A DNA stretch of 56,651 nt from Octopus bimaculoides (lineage: Eukaryota): assembly GCF_001194135.2 (NCBI RefSeq), contig NC_068981.1, positions 76,824,934 to 76,881,584 of the forward strand. The letters run 5' to 3'. The notes under the pieces were generated by a model. It saw nothing but the letters and a program-made list of their open reading frames with translations, was not told the DNA's origin and searched no databases. The translations under genes were made by a program, and so were the position numbers. Shown here piece after piece: positions 38,417 to 51,493 of this stretch; the first letter of the stretch is position 1, and the number at the start of each line of letters is the position of its first letter.

Positions 38417-38605
38417 AGAGGTTGGGCAGGATCATTAGAATGCTTTGTAATATTTCTTCTGGCTCTTTGCCTTCTGATTCCAAAATCCACGGACGTCAAC
38501 CTTCCATTTCATCATTTTGGTTTCGATAAAATATCAAGTACTAGAGTTGATTTAATTGGCTAACCCTCTCTTGATATTTCCGGTCTGTGGTTCCGGTAGA
38601 AAAAA
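38416..38605 (+). mobile_element. SINE family 2, diverged plus-strand copy
   Basis: gggcaggatcattag...ccaaaatccacggacgtcaaccttccatttcatcattttggtttcgataaaa...gtactag aligns loosely with the family 2 head and body. Confidence 0.55.
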
Positions 38606-39016
38606 TTATTCTTATTATCATTATTTATAATTTACAAATTTCCTGCTATTCCACCATCCTCACCATTATCAGATTCAACATCAACAACGACTTTACCGTC
38701 TCCTTGTGATTTACACACTGCTGTTATAAATTAAATCTGTTGTATAAATAAATGACAGCATTGGTTTGTAATGTTGGTTGAGAAGCAATATTTCGTTACT
38801 GAATGATGTTTGTATCGTTCATATTGTTGGTAATGTCGCTAATGTTTTCATTGCTGTTGTTGTGATTGTTGCCGGTCAAAATTTATTTCTGCGTCGCTTA
38901 ATCTAAAATCATTTCAGTCAGTCTTTTGTTTCAATGATGATAATGACGTTAATGATGAAGTAAATGGCGAAAGAGTTGGCAAGGAGATGACAACTTTGAT
39001 GGTTATAAATCATCAG

Positions 39017-39072
<56 letters not shown>

Positions 39073-39552
39073 ACAGCAACAAGATTTTATTGTTTTTAAT
39101 GTTCCGCAGTGCTCCTATTGTAAGGAATGCATAAAATTATTACAAGAATCGATACAATAAATACCCTCAGGAATCGATAGAATAAGTACGATAAGCAAAG
39201 GTGAATACAATAGATATTAGTCAGGTACAAAAATCAATTTAACCAACAACACACCCTTTACCCAAAGTTTAATCTTATGTCAACGATAGAAATCAAATTG
39301 AGTATTTAATGCGACTGATATTTTATAAAACAATTACCAGTGACATACTGAGGTCGGTTAAATCGATTTAGCCATCAGACACAAATTTTTCCTGGCCTCT
39401 GAAGGAAATCAGACTTCAATAAAAATGAACTCAGCTGTCTCAGAACATTTTTTTCAAGCCGAGATTATGGCGAAATATCAAAGCATCTTGTTAGTCTGCT
39501 TTCTTGATGTGTGACAAAACCATTTTCTACGCTCATTAGCTGTCTTAATATT

Positions 39553-39750
39553 GGTTTCAAATTTTAGTACAAGATCAGCAATTTGGAGAGAAGATGTACA
39601 TTACACCGACCTCAATTCTTAACTGGTGCTTATTTTATCGACCCTGATATGATAAAAGGTAAAGTGGACCTCGGCGAAATTTAAACTCACAACGTAACAG
39701 CTAAGCAATTTGATCGACGTGCCAACAGTTCTACTAGTTCGTCACCTTAG
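39553..39750 (-). mobile_element. SINE family 2 copy (tandem unit 1)
   Basis: ggtttcaaattttagtacaag...atcgaccctg...aaagtggacctcggcgaaatttaaactc...gccaacagttctactag. Confidence 0.8.
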
Positions 39751-39764
39751 GCTGTTTTAATATT

Positions 39765-39981
39765 AGTTTCAAATTCTAACATAAGGCCAGCAATTTCGAG
39801 TAAGGGGGTTAAGCCGATTACATCGACCCTAGTGTTCAACTGGTACTAATTTTATCGACCAGAATAGGGTGAAAGGCAAAGTCGACCACGGCAGAATTTA
39901 ACCTCACAACATAACGACAAACGAAATGCCGCTAAACCCTTTGCCTGATGTGATAACGCTTCTGCCTGCTAGCTAGCCAAC
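39765..39981 (-). mobile_element. SINE family 2 copy (tandem unit 2)
   Basis: gtttcaaattctaacataaggccagcaatttcg...aaaggcaaagtcgaccacggcagaattt...gataacgcttctgcc. Confidence 0.8.
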
Positions 39982-40002
39982 GCTATTTTAATATTACTTA
40001 CT

Positions 40003-40122
40003 CGTCAAATTCCGCCGAGGTCGACTTTCATGCTTTCATCTTTTGAAGTTGAACTCCGGGGTCGAAGTAATCTACTGACCCCCTTCCTCGAACTTACTAG
40101 CCTTGTGCCAAAATTTGAAGCC
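40003..40122 (+). mobile_element. SINE family 2, 5'-truncated plus-strand copy
   Basis: tcaaattccgccgaggtcgacttt...ggggtcgaagtaatctactgacccc...gccttgtgccaaaatttgaagcc. Confidence 0.75.
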
Positions 40123-40500
40123 TATGTTATTTACACGTGGAGCTCTGTTAGACAGCTTCAAGGCATGCGTACGTAACATTTCTTCACTTACTTCACTCAA
40201 TGGTGACGATGACGGAGATTTAATGTAGTATACAAGATTCAGAAAACTGCAGCAAGCTGGTCCCCTTCAGTCAAGGACAAAGTACCTATTTCAAGACCCG
40301 CCTCAATCGATCTGGGGTAAGAGACAAAGAGACAGAGACAGACAGACAGACAATTAAACAAAGAGACAAACAGGCAGATAGAAAAGCTCACCTCTAATAG
40401 ATTAACCGAAAGATGTGTCCTTTCTGTTACTTTTTAAGCAAGCCCAACAAGCAATATACTAATCGTGAACATACCCTTCTTCTTCTTCTTCTTCTTCTTC

Positions 40501-40640
<140 letters not shown>

Positions 40641-41184
40641 GTATAGGGTTGTCGCTGATCGGAAGAAGTAAACGTCTGGAAGGGATGTTCTCGTCGCTCC
40701 TTTCTGCCAACGGGTAGCCCCACGCGACCCCGTGCGTGATCAACCCTACTCGGCCGGTGTGTCCCCGACTTTCCGCCGCCGCCCCGCCCCTTCGTAACAC
40801 ATTGTAGGTAAAAATGCAACCGGAGTCTTTAGTCATCTGTCAAGTTACAAGGACCTCAGACAGATAATACTTTCCTTAAGATGTGTGCTGTGCCCAATAA
40901 GGCTGCTTTTTTCAAGACACCAATCTTGCATGGGATTTCCAGTTGCCTTAAGAAGCCTTGAAGTTTCAATGGAATTGAGCTCAACGCTCCGATTACCACT
41001 GGTATCTCTTTTACATTAGCCTCTCGCATTCCATAAAGTCTTGCCATTTCCACTTTCAATTCGAAGTACTTGGTGATTTTTCAACCTCTTTAGTCACAAC
41101 ATTCATGTCATTTGGTATACCTACATGAATGATCTGACAGTATTTGTCTCTCTTATCCAATATGACAATATCCGGCTGATGGTG
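40641..41184 (-). mobile_element. R4/Dong-type element 3' end, family C, including the RLE endonuclease region and a GC-rich 3'UTR
   Basis: HQPDIVILDKRDKYCQIIHVGIPND...(frameshift)...KYFELKVEMARLYGMREANVKEIPVVIGAL...KKAALLGTAHILRKVLSV* (stop at 40856). 3'UTR 40641-40855. Flanked by (ATT)n and (GTT/ATT)n. Confidence 0.88.
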
Positions 41185-41211
41185 TTGTTAGTATTGTTGT
41201 TGTTGTTGTTG

Positions 41212-41254
<43 letters not shown>

Positions 41255-41270
41255 TACTATTATTATTATT

Positions 41271-41344
<74 letters not shown>

Positions 41345-42158
41345 CATAGTCGTCATCGTCTATTTACAACAGTGAAGTAGCCTCTACAAGGAAGCTATCT
41401 AGCCTCTTCCTAGAAAACAAGCGGGCTAAATTAGGAGACACCATTCGACTTAAGTAAATCGAAGGAAGTGGGGCTTATAATGTGCGCCACTGCCATCCCT
41501 GAAAGTCTAACTGCAGCTGCTATACAGAGTGTTTTATATCGCCGCGTGAGTTTAACAGCTTGGCGTTTGGAGGGGCCCACGAACACACAAGTAGAAAGGT
41601 ACCTCGACAATGTAATGCAGGACATCTGAATTATATCTAATGCAAGGCGGTTCGACAGAGTCGAAGTCCTACAAAGTCTGAGGCCCTCACAGTACAACAT
41701 AGGGAATTTATCTAAGAACAGGGCAAGGAGAAAAGTAGCATCCGGCCTGGGTGGCTAGTATACCTTCAGATGAACAATTTAATGGAAACATCGTTCGATG
41801 TGTAGGACGATTGGATCTTCATCGACTCTTCCAGAATATAACATATGTTTATGTTGTTATAAATGATATAGCGAAAGACAAAGGTCTTATTCATGGACAG
41901 TTTTACCAACCATTAATCTCTGGCGTTTTATCAAATCTGTAGTGCAATAAAGGAAGTGGCGAGTACACAGGTGACGAAAATGGTGTGGTAAGGAAGTTTC
42001 ATTACAGACATGCAAGCCTTAATGATTTAGAAAATCTCAGGATCAATTTATCGTCAGTGTAGAAGGAGTTGTTCATCTCTCATCGAGTGGAAGCAGAAGG
42101 TACTTGAAAGCTTTCTTCTTCTAGAATGAGAGATAGATAGATAGACAGATATATATAT

Positions 42159-42216
<58 letters not shown>

Positions 42217-42217
42217 G

Positions 42218-42248
<31 letters not shown>

Positions 42249-42700
42249 CAAAACAGCAGCAGATACCAGAAGTTTATTTTCTAACATTACTTTATCACAC
42301 AGCTGTTCGAAAAGATAATCGAAAGATCCGCTTTACGAGAGGTATCATTGATGCCATTCTATAGTAGACTATCGATAATGAGAAGCAAATGAAAAGTGGA
42401 ACTGAAAAGGAGTGACTGTCCTTTGTTGAGAGAAAGATGATGAAACNNNNNNNNNNNNNNNNNNNNNNNNNNNNNNNNNNNNNNNNNNNNNNNNNNNNNN
42501 NNNNNNNNNNNNNNNNNNNNNNNNNNNNNNNNNNNNNNNNNNNNNNNNNNNNNNNNNNNNNNNNNNNNNNNNNNNNNNNNNNNNNNNNNNNNNNNNNNNN
42601 NNNNNNNNNNNNNNNNNNNNNNNNNNNNNNNNNNNNNNNNNNNNNNNNNNNNNNNNNNNNNNNNNNNNNNNNNNNNNNNNNNNNNNNNNNNNTGTGTGTA

Positions 42701-42749
<49 letters not shown>

Positions 42750-42899
42750 ATGTATGTGTGTGTGTGTGTATGTGTGTGTGTATGTGTGTGTGTGTTTGTA
42801 TGTGTATTTATGTGTGCGTGTCTTTGTGTATTTATGTCCCCGTAACTTGGCAGTTTGGCAAAAAGAGTGTGATAGAATAAGTTGTAGCCTCAAGAAATA

Positions 42900-43620
42900 A
42901 GCCTGTCCAGCAAAATTCAACGAATGAGCAGCTCAAGGAAGGAAAACCATAGCTAGTTCTTTTCCTTAAGTCTAGTTCGCATTCCTGTTCAGTTATCATA
43001 CATATTACTGGTGTCGTCATAGAATCTCCCTACACTTTTCGAAATCTATGCCATATTTTTAAAAATATTCTGATCCGGATGTAGCCAATACTTTCGCGCA
43101 ATGACAAGCATTCTGCAGGAACGTTAAAAGCTTTACTATCGCCTTCCCCAAAATATCATAACAAACAATGGCTGTTAGGTTATCAACATGAGCACGATCT
43201 GATGTAAAATCTACAGAAACTGAGAAATACTTGGTAGTGTTAAGTTCCGTTACAACATTGTTCACACATTTTGCATTCAGTAAAACAGTTTCTTTGTAGA
43301 TGGTAGTAAATGTTTGCTTACCATTCCGGCATGGCCAAATGCTTTCAAGTGACCCATTAGAAATGGATCAAATTGTGCAGTGAGTTCCATAATTCTGCAA
43401 AAAATCCCATTGTGCTTAGATGCTAAGATTTCTTCACTACATTTGAATGCCAGACGTCTATAGGCCAGAAATATTACCACAGGCAGAACACAGCACAATA
43501 TGTCAGTCCAATATTTCCTGTTTCCCAGCACTTGATTTTCCAACTCCGTATTAACATGAGGACACTCACCTACATAAGAATTTGAACTGCAACACAGAAC
43601 CTTTGTGACCATTGTGTTGT
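42900..43620 (-). mobile_element. hAT-superfamily (Tip100/ZMYM1-like) transposase remnant
   Basis: RKYWTDILCCVLPVVIFLAYRRLAFKCSEE...NGIFCRIMELTAQFDPFL; KYFSVSVDFTSDRAHVDNLT; GIDFEKCRG..YDDTSNM; AHSLN. These are DUF4371 and catalytic-core-like motifs. No TIRs found. Confidence 0.75.
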
Positions 43621-44914
43621 CTGTGCGTTTTCATTTTGTCCTCTGCTTATTTTCCCAATCATTAAAACCTGTCACAGAGGCTTAACATCAAAGTATAGTA
43701 AAAGCAATTAGCTGCACTTTTTCATGGGCTGTACAGGATCCACTTTCTGAAATGCTGCTCAACGTTGTCACAGATAGTACAAATATTCTCGGCGCTGAAA
43801 GATCATGCACACATGATGAACAAGATCATGAACAACAGCGAAGAGAAAATAGTGTCAAAACCAAAACAGAAACTGATAGCTGCCATTCTAAACTCGCTTC
43901 ACTTCGTCTAGCCACTGGAATACTAAGCCAGACTGTTTACACATATTTCTGTTATTCTTACGTTTGGGGTAGATAAGAAGACCGGTAGCCAAAATAAATC
44001 AAATGTTAATGGGAAAGAGTACAAGCAGTTAAAAGCAACTTGAGGATTACAGATTAAAGAATTCGTTCCCATTAAATTACTTCTCTTCCAAATTACCTTT
44101 CACATTCATGGGGCCTTGGAAACGATGAAGCTCCATAAATGCTTCAGAAAGATGACCGGTTTGAAAAGGAAGGTATATTTCATAGTTCCCTCTAAACTTC
44201 AAATACCCGTATCGCAATATTTGAGCTTATAAATACTTTCGGTTTTCTACATAAAAATGGCGTCTGAACATGTAAAGATTCAAATCATTTTGTGAGGGAA
44301 GAGAGATTGCAATTAAGATAGGTTGTTGTTACTAACGTACTTGATTTTACTTTTATGTCTCATCATATTTTTGATTTTTTTTATATTCACCTACTTTCGA
44401 CTAGGAATTTGAGGTAGTAGACATCCCCTGAAGTAACTATTAATGTTCAACAGAAGTAACTGAAACTTGGTGGCCATAGACAAATTGTAAAATAAAGGTA
44501 CAGAATAGCAAAGGCAACAGTGACAGGTACTAAATCACTATCATCAGTGAACATTTTCTTTTTTCTGAAATAACACGATAAAACAACAAATTGGTAGGCT
44601 GACGATGATGAAAAATATAGCAAAAAAAAAAAGGAAAGAACAAGATTTGGTTAAATGGAAAACAGAAATTTGAACAAGTCATATTCCAAAGTTAAAAGAA
44701 AGAAAAACTGTTTTTATCTTTGGAGTAATGTTACGGAAAAATGCTAATTTTATAATTAAATCAGTAAATTAAAAATTAAAATTCTAAAAGCTAAACGGTC
44801 TTAACATTTTTTTTTTCCTAAATATGATCAGCGTACCAAAATACTTCATTGTCGAACAGAATAATGAACTTTAGGGAGAAGCAATATATGCGAGTACATG
44901 TTTGATAGTGTATA

Positions 44915-45190
<276 letters not shown>

Positions 45191-45199
45191 TTGGCTGTC

Positions 45200-46455
45200 G
45201 TCGTTTTCGTCTGCGTAGATCTAAACAATTTCTCGTGTCTATTTATGTGTATTGAATTTTTGTCAACAGTTGGTTAACAACATCAGCCTTTGTGTGAACG
45301 ACTCATTTTCACGAAAATCTACCCTGAGAGGGTATATTTTCGCATTTTAAATTTCATAAAAAATTTTTTTTCAATCTGTCTTGAAAAATGGATAACTTCT
45401 CTGACGCTGTCAGCGTTCCATCGTCCTACATGGACATTATTAATTTCCCTGCATTCCCGGATGCTGCAGAGAAGAGAGAAAACATTGAATGATATTTATA
45501 CACCCACTCACAATTGAACAACGTCAACATACATACTGACAACAGGGTTCCGAGCAAGTGGCAAAGAAAAGCATGAAGAATGAACACATGTCTATTGCCA
45601 CCAACACGAACAGACAAAGCAACTTTGCTTCAGTTCTGAGGCAAAGGAAACGAATTGTTTCATTTACCCCACAGCTAATGGAAACAAGATCCCGTTTATC
45701 TAAAGAGGGCAATACAATAAAACTAAACACACCGCAACACATTTTAGAAAATATTAACAAAATAGTATCATATATAAGATAATAAATTTAAAAACAAGGA
45801 AGCCCGAAAACATAAATCAACAAGCAATTGAAAATGTTTAAGACTCATATGGGCACACAAAAATACATCACAAAGGGCAAAAGATTTGCTACAGTTGAAG
45901 TCAGATTTGATACAGAAGAGCAAACAAAAGCTTACACTACACAATCAATAGAGTGCGGAGAAGTCATATGTCGTCGGGTTACAAAAATAAGAATTAAAAG
46001 TGTGCCCATGAAATAGAAGCACGATGGCTGGTGTCAGCCATCCCTTACAATTTCGGGGAAGTTATTAACATCTTGGAAATTACCGTCCTTGAACAACACC
46101 GCGAATATCGCCATGCTCTCGAGCAACTCTGCCGTCTGGGATCAAACTTGTGCGACTTCAATTCAACGAAGGCGTTCCATAGAGAATTAGAAGAGAGGAG
46201 GCGCGACGACATTCTTTGGAGAGACCCTGGGCGTCAATGAGGAATACCTGGCCGCCCTCTTCGGGACCACTTTCGGGCCGGGACCTATGGACAATTTCCA
46301 AAGATCCTTGGCCTGGCAATGCTATCGGGAAGCATTGCCAGTTCGGGATAAGCTCTACAGGCACAGTTTAACAAACACCGGACCAAATTGCCAGAGATGC
46401 GATCAGAGCGACGAACCCGTTCTGAACGCACTCGTGCAATGTCCAACCAATTCAG
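45200..46455 (+). mobile_element. Tx1/L1-like LINE: ORF1 5' part joined by an internal deletion to the ORF2 C-terminus, 3'-truncated
   Basis: ATG at 45388. ORF1-like NFASVL...FATVEVRFDTEEQ...RRVTKIRIKSVP...ARWLVSAI runs to about 46085. It is followed by ...DNFQRSLAWQCYREALPVRDKLYRH...NCQRCDQSDEPVLNALVQCP (zf-RVT and CCHC-like). Confidence 0.6.
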
Positions 46456-46717
46456 CATATGCTGGTCTGATAGCTCCTTATATATAGGCATTGATCTTGG
46501 GCTGCTATGATAAACCCTTCTGTTTCTGATTTTAAGCCAGAAGACATTAACCATTGATGGGTAAAGGCTTTGTGAACATCAGCATTATTGGCTGTCTTTG
46601 GACATTTACCATTGAGAGGTTTTTCTTCCCTTTTATGAGTGAGAATATCTAAGGCAGGAGTTTTAGCACAGGTTTTCATACGCTTAACTTTTTCCGTGCT
46701 TGTTTCCAGTACAAAAA
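46455..46717 (-). mobile_element. R4/Dong-type internal fragment (post-RT region), 3'-truncated
   Basis: KREEKPLNGKCPK...HQWLMSSGLKSETEGFIIAAQDQCL..RSYQ. Its 5' edge abuts (TAA)n. Confidence 0.8.
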
Positions 46718-46737
46718 TATTATTATTATTGTTGTTG

Positions 46738-46807
<70 letters not shown>

Positions 46808-48574
46808 NNNNNNNNNNNNNNNNNNNNNNNNNNNNNNNNNNNNNNNNNNNNNNNNNNNNNNNNNNNNNNNNNNNNNNNNNNNNNNNNNNNNNNNNNNNNN
46901 NNNNNNNNNNNNNNNNNNNNNNNNNNNNNNNNNNNNNNNNNNNNNNNNNNNNNNNNNNNNNNNNNNNNNNNNNNNNNNNNNNNNNNNNNNNNNNNNNNNN
47001 NNNNNNNNNNNNNNNNNNNNNNNNNNNNNNNNNNNNNNNNNNNNNNNNNNNNNNNNNNNNNNNNNNNNNNNNNNNNNNNNNNNNNNNNNNNNNNNNNNNN
47101 NNNNNNNNNNNNNNNNNNNNNNNNNNNNNNNNNNNNNNNNNNNNNNNNNNNNNNNNNNNGTGTGTGTGTATATATACACACATATATATGTGTGTGTGTG
47201 TGTTGTCTTGCAAACCCGTTACATACTGAGTTGAAAAATTTGTTTCTGTGTTTTTTCTCCTGCTTGAGGGAAAATGCAATTTTGAGATTGAACGCAGCTT
47301 TAGAAGAAATAAGCCAAATATGACAAAAATCATCTGGGGAAAGAAAACCACACTTGAAATGAATAGATCACTGTTCTTTTTTTTTTTTTTTTTGAAGTAA
47401 CATAGTAGTGGGAACAATTGTAATGACACGTTTGTAACAACAACACTAACGAGCAATTACGTTTCATCAAGCAAAAGCCGTAAAAACGGTATAATTTTCA
47501 AGGGAAACAAACATACTTGTTTAGTTAGTCAGAGACGTTCCCACACAACCATTATCAATTATGCTGTATTTGCAAGTCGCCAGAAAGGTTGCAACCGTAC
47601 CTCTAGTCTTAGCGCCTGTGCAACTCCGCGAATAATAAAAAACTTCATCTCCAGGACAGATGTCTATAATAAACATGGATGGAACATGTAGTGTCACCCA
47701 ATATTTTATTAAACTAGAATGCAAAAGTGTCCTGGAGAGGGGTATGAAATGACAGAAAATGCGTCTCCTATATCAAATGCAGCAACAGCATCAAAGACCA
47801 AACTGTAAAGATGTTTCTGCCACCACAGATACTACATTGACAGTAAAAGCCACACCTCCATAATTTCACCAATCCAAAACATTCATACACAAGCATGTAT
47901 TAAGATACTTACACATACATTAAAAATCTCAAGCCTCTGCAACACTGTTGCCTCATCATGTAACAACATCGAGACGAGATCTTTGAGGGATTTTTTGTGT
48001 CAGCTATGCAACTCCATCTTCTATGCCAACACAAGAATCACCATCAACACAACCATCACCGCCAACACAACCATCAGACCACAACAGCAGCAACAGACAG
48101 CGAAACACGTAATGAGGCCACCAAGTAGGAAACCATATAAATCTAAAAATAACCAAATCGAAAACACAAAAGGAAATTAGAAAATCACCTACAGCATTAA
48201 TAACACAAACAGCCAAACAGAAATGCCACATTTCATCAACATCTTTTCTATAAAAGGAAACTTTAGTGATTTGATGGAGTAGGAGTACATAGGACATCAC
48301 AAATACAAGCGTAAGAGAAGAACATGTATCAGAACTCTTTCCACAAAGCAGACTTTTATTTAAAACCACTAGCGACATTTTCAATAAGCATTTATTGAAA
48401 ACAAGACATTTAGCTTCTTCAGAAACCTTTCAAGAAAATCCTCACAATCAGGAAGTACCCCTGAAAGTCCAATGTAAGTAACTTTTCCCAATGTTATCTT
48501 CCGACGAATGTAAAAGATAAGATGCAAAAATATAACTGATCTGAGTTCAATTTCGAAGGAAGAACACTTGAACA

Positions 48575-49529
48575 ATGATCTTGGGTCACTAGATATGGAT
48601 GTTGCTGTCATTAGTGAGACGAGGATTTCTGCCAAGCATATATTCGAGTTCAACTTCGATAACTAAGAAGTAAAAACATTTTGTAGTGGTCTTGGATCGG
48701 GCAAGAGAAGATTAGTGCTCCGAAAGGCTTGACTCTCAAGATATGGATAATACGGATGACGCTAAATATTGAATAGGTGGTTATGAACGTAAATAGCTGT
48801 GAAGGGATTGTGTTTAGACTACATGTCTATATATGCCTCGACAAGACAGAGACATCTTGGAATTTAATTTTAGTAAGAACCAGTTGTCTTAGTCGCACTT
48901 TGGTATTATGTGCGGTGAGCCAATAGGAAATAATGATGAAAAATCCTAACAAACCTCCCTAGATCTTTTCCAACAGTCTGAAAGACAATGGCTGGAGTTT
49001 TTTTTTACAATCGTAGACATCGTTGAAATAGAAGAGAAAAATGGTCATGCAATGGTGTCAAGATAAAGTACTTGCAAGTTCAACGGATAGCTACACTAAT
49101 TGATTTTCAACAATTCATCTGAAATTTTGTGTTCTCTACAAATTAGGCTTTCTATGATACAAAGCGCAGCAGATCACAGATCGCTCCACTGTCGAAAAAA
49201 ACTGTGCTGTGTAAGGATTTAATCTGCCAGTTTTCGCTTCAGCTAAGCCTCATCGACATTTAGGTTCCAGTTTGTTAGGATTGTAATTGTGGCGAGAGAG
49301 GTGTTGCTCCTCTGTAGATATGTTGCCAGGTTGATGAGAGTTAGCGAATGACAATTTGAAATGGACCTAGTCTAAGCATCTATATGCATGGCAGTGAAGG
49401 TCGTGTATATTGTGTATATTTTGTTCGCTTTTTTTTTACGTATTCCATTACAATGTAAACACCCAAACTTATTCTAACCCACCCATATAGTTCTTCGTCT
49501 TTCACCAATATTATGAGAAGTGAAAGTAA

Positions 49530-49530
<1 letters not shown>
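48575..49530 (+). mobile_element. Degenerate Tx1/L1-like remnant: APE endonuclease, apparent deletion, ORF2 end and 3'UTR
   Basis: LDMDVAVISETR (cf. D...LQET), SIYA, ADH (cf. SDH), then FRFQ...VAREVL (C-terminal-like), and a pyrimidine-rich 3' end running into (ATT)n. Sequence at 47540-48400 may be the associated ORF1 but is unresolved. Confidence 0.45.
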
Positions 49531-49772
<242 letters not shown>

Positions 49773-51367
49773 TTTATTGTCTTTGCACAGCTTCTAACGC
49801 TGGAGATGTACTACGGTGTCAGCTGTTCACTACCAGTGAACTATATCTATTATTCAGCATCGTTTCTTTCTTACTCGATTAACACTATGTCTGGTTCCCG
49901 ATTCTCTATCTCATGGTCGCAATGAATCATAAAACCGATAGGATTTTCGCATTCATTTTTGATGATGCTTTCGGGTTTATGTTCGTACCGTGTTTTTGCT
50001 CTGTTAAGTCCCTACTTGTAGCAAAGTGTCCAATGGACAATACTTGCTACATTGTCATGACGTCTCTTATATTTCTTCTGGGCTAGTGGCGTACATTGAC
50101 TTGTAATATGCCAAACGGTTTTACCATTTTATCCACAAGTTCTGTACTTGTCAGTTTTTGATGTGTTGTCTATTCTTTATTTGATGTATTTGGTTGTTAA
50201 TATTTGCTCTTGGGCAGCACAGATTAGGGCCTCCGTTTCCGGTTTTAAATCACTTTTAGTCATCCATAGTCATCTTTTTTCTCTGTCTGTCTTATCTTCA
50301 ACATCCCTGTGAAATTGTCCATGCATTCTTTTCTTTATCCACCTATTTTCAGTTTCATTCATTCTCAAGTCCTTGTACAGTGCTTTATCTTTGCAATCTT
50401 TCAGACTACAGAGGCCTGACCGTTCCTCCAATAATAGTGGTTCTGTGGCATTTTTTATATACCATGCTATGTTGTTTTATTCTGCTTTAATGCTGTACTC
50501 GCATCCAATCAGTCCTCTCCCCACTTTTTTCTTGGTACATACAGTCTGTCTGTGTCAATTTTTGGGTGGAGTATCCCATATCTAGTCATATCTTGTCTTT
50601 CTCTCTAAGCTGTGTAGCACGTCTACTGTCCATGCGATTACCCCTACTCCATATCTAAGGAGTGAAACCGACCAGGTGTTGATAGCTTCAATCCTGTTCC
50701 GTCCGTTTAATTTCTACTTAAGGATCCATCTCACTCTGCGCAAGTACTCCATTTCTGTCATTTCTTTCTCCATCAATTTATCCATTTCCAGTATCCCCAA
50801 TTACTTATAGCCCGTCTCTTCTATTTGCTTCATAACCTCCACCGACGGTATCGATAGCTCGTCCATGCATTTGATTTTGCCTCTCTTCAAGCCTAAAACA
50901 CCACACGTTTTCAGTTCCAACTCCTGGTACCAGCACTGAAAGTATACACAGTATCAACGAGAGAACTGACTTGGGCTTCATCTTTACCATAAAGATTGAG
51001 GTCATCCATGAATAACAAGTGGTTGACTTTTTGTTGGTGAATTTTGAATACATACCCAGCCTTTGCTTACCTCAGAATCAATGCTAGTGGTATCTTGCAC
51101 AGTACAGAGATCAGTGAGGACAGGCACTCCCCTTGGATGATATCTGTCCTGATTTCTGTTGTCCCTAAACTTCTTCCATATGCTGTCAGTTCCATCCTCC
51201 ATTTCGCCATACATTTTCCAAGCAATCACTCAACATTTGATGCAATACCAAATAAGTTCATACACTCCATAATCCAAGAATGTGGGATCATATCGTACAC
51301 CTTACGATAATCGATCCATGACATGGCTAAGTTCGTTTTCCTCCTCTTGCAGTCTCTTAGTACAGTT
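49773..51367 (-). mobile_element. R4/Dong-type element, family D: RT, CCHC and start of RLE; 5'-truncated with an internal deletion before the 3'UTR
   Basis: CKRRKTNLAMSWIDYRKVYDMIPHSWI, IIQGECLS, VNHLLFMDDLNLY, RLYVPRKKVGRGL, WMTKSDLKPETEALICAAQEQ, TVWHITSQCTPLAQKKYKRRHDNVASIVHW, EPDIVLIE. Bounded by (GAA)(TAA) and (TAA)(TGA) repeats on the element strand. Confidence 0.92.
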
Positions 51368-51388
51368 CTTCTTCTTCCTATTCTTCTT

Positions 51389-51493
<105 letters not shown>

